The notes below the pieces were generated by a model. That model did not search any database and was not told the origin of the DNA. It saw only the letters and a program-made list of their open reading frames with translations. DNA of 64,000 bases from a bacterium. Its GTDB lineage: Bacteria > Bacillota_I > Bacilli_A > RFN20 > CAG-826. Positions 63,007 through 64,000 of this stretch are shown here, piece by piece; the first letter of the stretch is position 1, and each line of letters opens with the position of its first letter. The translations under genes and the position numbers were made by a program. The stretch is taken from positions 129,094 to 193,093 of the forward strand of contig CAVJPU010000001.1 in the NCBI GenBank assembly GCA_963651445.1. Reading direction: 5' to 3'.

Positions 63007-64000
63007 ATGAACAAAAACACCCTTAAAAAAGCACTCTTGGTATCGCTTTTAGCCTTACCACTTTTCGGTTGCAATGACAAAACCCCAGATAAGACCAGCG
63101 AGCTTGAACCACAAACTGGCGAAGTAGTCGATAAACATGCCGCCGTTTCTACCTTAGGAAAGGCCATGAAGGCTTCCACTTCCGCCGCTGCCATTTCCTA
63201 CAACATCGAATCCACTAAGGATTTCTCTTTCTCGGTCAAGGAAAGCATTCATAACAGCATCGAGAATACCGACAGCGAGAAGTCTTTGAACATCGTTGCC
63301 AACACCATCTCGGCCGATTATCGCACGACCACGGTGGACGACGGAAACGAAGATCAACGTCAGTCTTCTTTAGAATTGACTGCCGGTCAGCTCCATTATG
63401 ACACCGCCGGTGCCAATGGCTCGGTTTCCAGAAACAGATCCAACGTCAAATTTGCTTCTTACATTAAGGACAAAACCTACTACATCGACCCGACTAACAA
63501 AGAATTAGCCAATACGGCTTATGATTTGGCCGACTATGTCGGATTAGGCAACTATCGTACCGTCATCTCGCTTATCATGGCGAATAAGTACTATGCCTCC
63601 AAAGCCGATTTCGAAAGCGCTTTGGAAAAGACCGGTTACAAAGACGAAATCGAATCCTGGTTTGATATCTTCACTTCCGTTTCCATCACCAACGAAATCG
63701 ATGAAGCCATCGTTGAAATCGATGGCAAAGTCGATAATTGGAGCTGGCTCACCACTTATGCGGACGCCAATGGGGATTACACCATCTACGCTTCCTTGAA
63801 CAAGGCCGAATTCCTTGCCTTCTTGGATGAGATGGATCCAGTTGAAGAAGGCGAAGAAAGAGAGACCTATACCGAAGCCTTGGCCAACGTCAATTTCACT
63901 TCCTTGGAATTCTCCGTCACCTTCAACGAATCTGGCTTGAAGGGAGTTGGCACCGTCTTTGCCTTGAATGGCGATAAGAAAGACGTCGATGTCTACGAAG
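63007..64000 (+). CDS. Lipoprotein of unknown function (partial; the open frame continues past the right edge of the window)
   Basis: This ORF is absent from the track because it has no stop in the window. The ATG at 63007 is preceded by AAGGGAGGAG. The protein starts MNKNTLKKALLVSLLALPLFG|CNDKT, which includes a lipobox. I checked by hand translation that the frame stays open to 64000. Confidence 0.7.
   Translation, partial: MNKNTLKKALLVSLLALPLFGCNDKTPDKTSELEPQTGEVVDKHAAVSTLGKAMKASTSAAAISYNIESTKDFSFSVKESIHNSIENTDSEKSLNIVANTISADYRTTTVDDGNEDQRQSSLELTAGQLHYDTAGANGSVSRNRSNVKFASYIKDKTYYIDPTNKELANTAYDLADYVGLGNYRTVISLIMANKYYASKADFESALEKTGYKDEIESWFDIFTSVSITNEIDEAIVEIDGKVDNWSWLTTYADANGDYTIYASLNKAEFLAFLDEMDPVEEGEERETYTEALANVNFTSLEFSVTFNESGLKGVGTVFALNGDKKDVDVYE

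Overview
This is a chromosomal window from a low-GC Bacillota-type genome. It is probably a wall-less or reduced, Mollicutes-like anaerobe, but that lineage guess is inference only. It uses the standard code: TGA terminates genes (for example at 10088..10090) and no conserved gene needs an in-frame TGA read through. The evidence for the lineage guess is a Bacillus-like gene order, about 8 lipobox lipoproteins, an oversized Lgt, trxB-whiA linkage, a surface SNase-type nuclease inside an ABC operon, and PFOR plus a HydABC hydrogenase.

Layout, left to right:
- 1-5.1 kb, minus strand: an ABC importer (lipoprotein SBP, fused double permease, ATPase with an inserted charged segment), followed by the start of an RDD-like membrane protein.
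- 5.3-7.2 kb: a Tyr-phosphatase-family gene and fba.
- 7.2-28.8 kb: the conserved translation/transcription cluster cysS-rlmB-sigH-like-rpmG-secE-nusG / rplKAJL-ybxB-like MTase-rpoB-rpoC / rpsL-rpsG-fusA-tuf. An ArsR-family repressor plus heavy-metal P-type ATPase cassette sits between nusG and rplK.
- 28.9-32.4 kb: three tandem RDD-family paralogues.
- 32.5-41.3 kb: a second ABC importer operon (ATPase with a roughly 110-aa coiled-coil-like insert, two permeases, two paralogous lipoprotein SBPs, a translationally coupled SNase-domain lipoprotein and a small lipoprotein).
- 41.3-46.1 kb: a small leaderless ORF, then the trimeric [FeFe] hydrogenase genes hydC/hydB/hydA.
- 46.2-50.2 kb: an OB-fold-like plus Big_2-like lipoprotein, tRNA-Lys(CUU), a Crp/Fnr regulator with a perfect TGTGA-N6-TCACA box, and an SBP plus permease pair with no ATPase.
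- 50.3-64 kb: PFOR (nifJ), a degenerate Fic protein, a tightly packed uvrA-lgt-trxB-like-whiA-XRE gene string, gap, and a partial lipoprotein.

I saw no CRISPR array, IS element, prophage or rRNA.

The most interesting candidates are:
- RDD membrane proteins lie next to ABC importers whose ATPases carry a homologous insert, and this happens twice in the window.
- The ABC operon contains a surface nuclease.
- HydA has a natural Cys-to-Ser change in the H-cluster P1 motif.
- The TrxR homologue lacks the NADPH HRRxxxR motif.
- At least four genes have a -10 box about 7-9 nt from the ATG and no SD, which suggests leaderless mRNAs.

All calls come from reading the sequence and the ORF track by eye. 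No database search was run.
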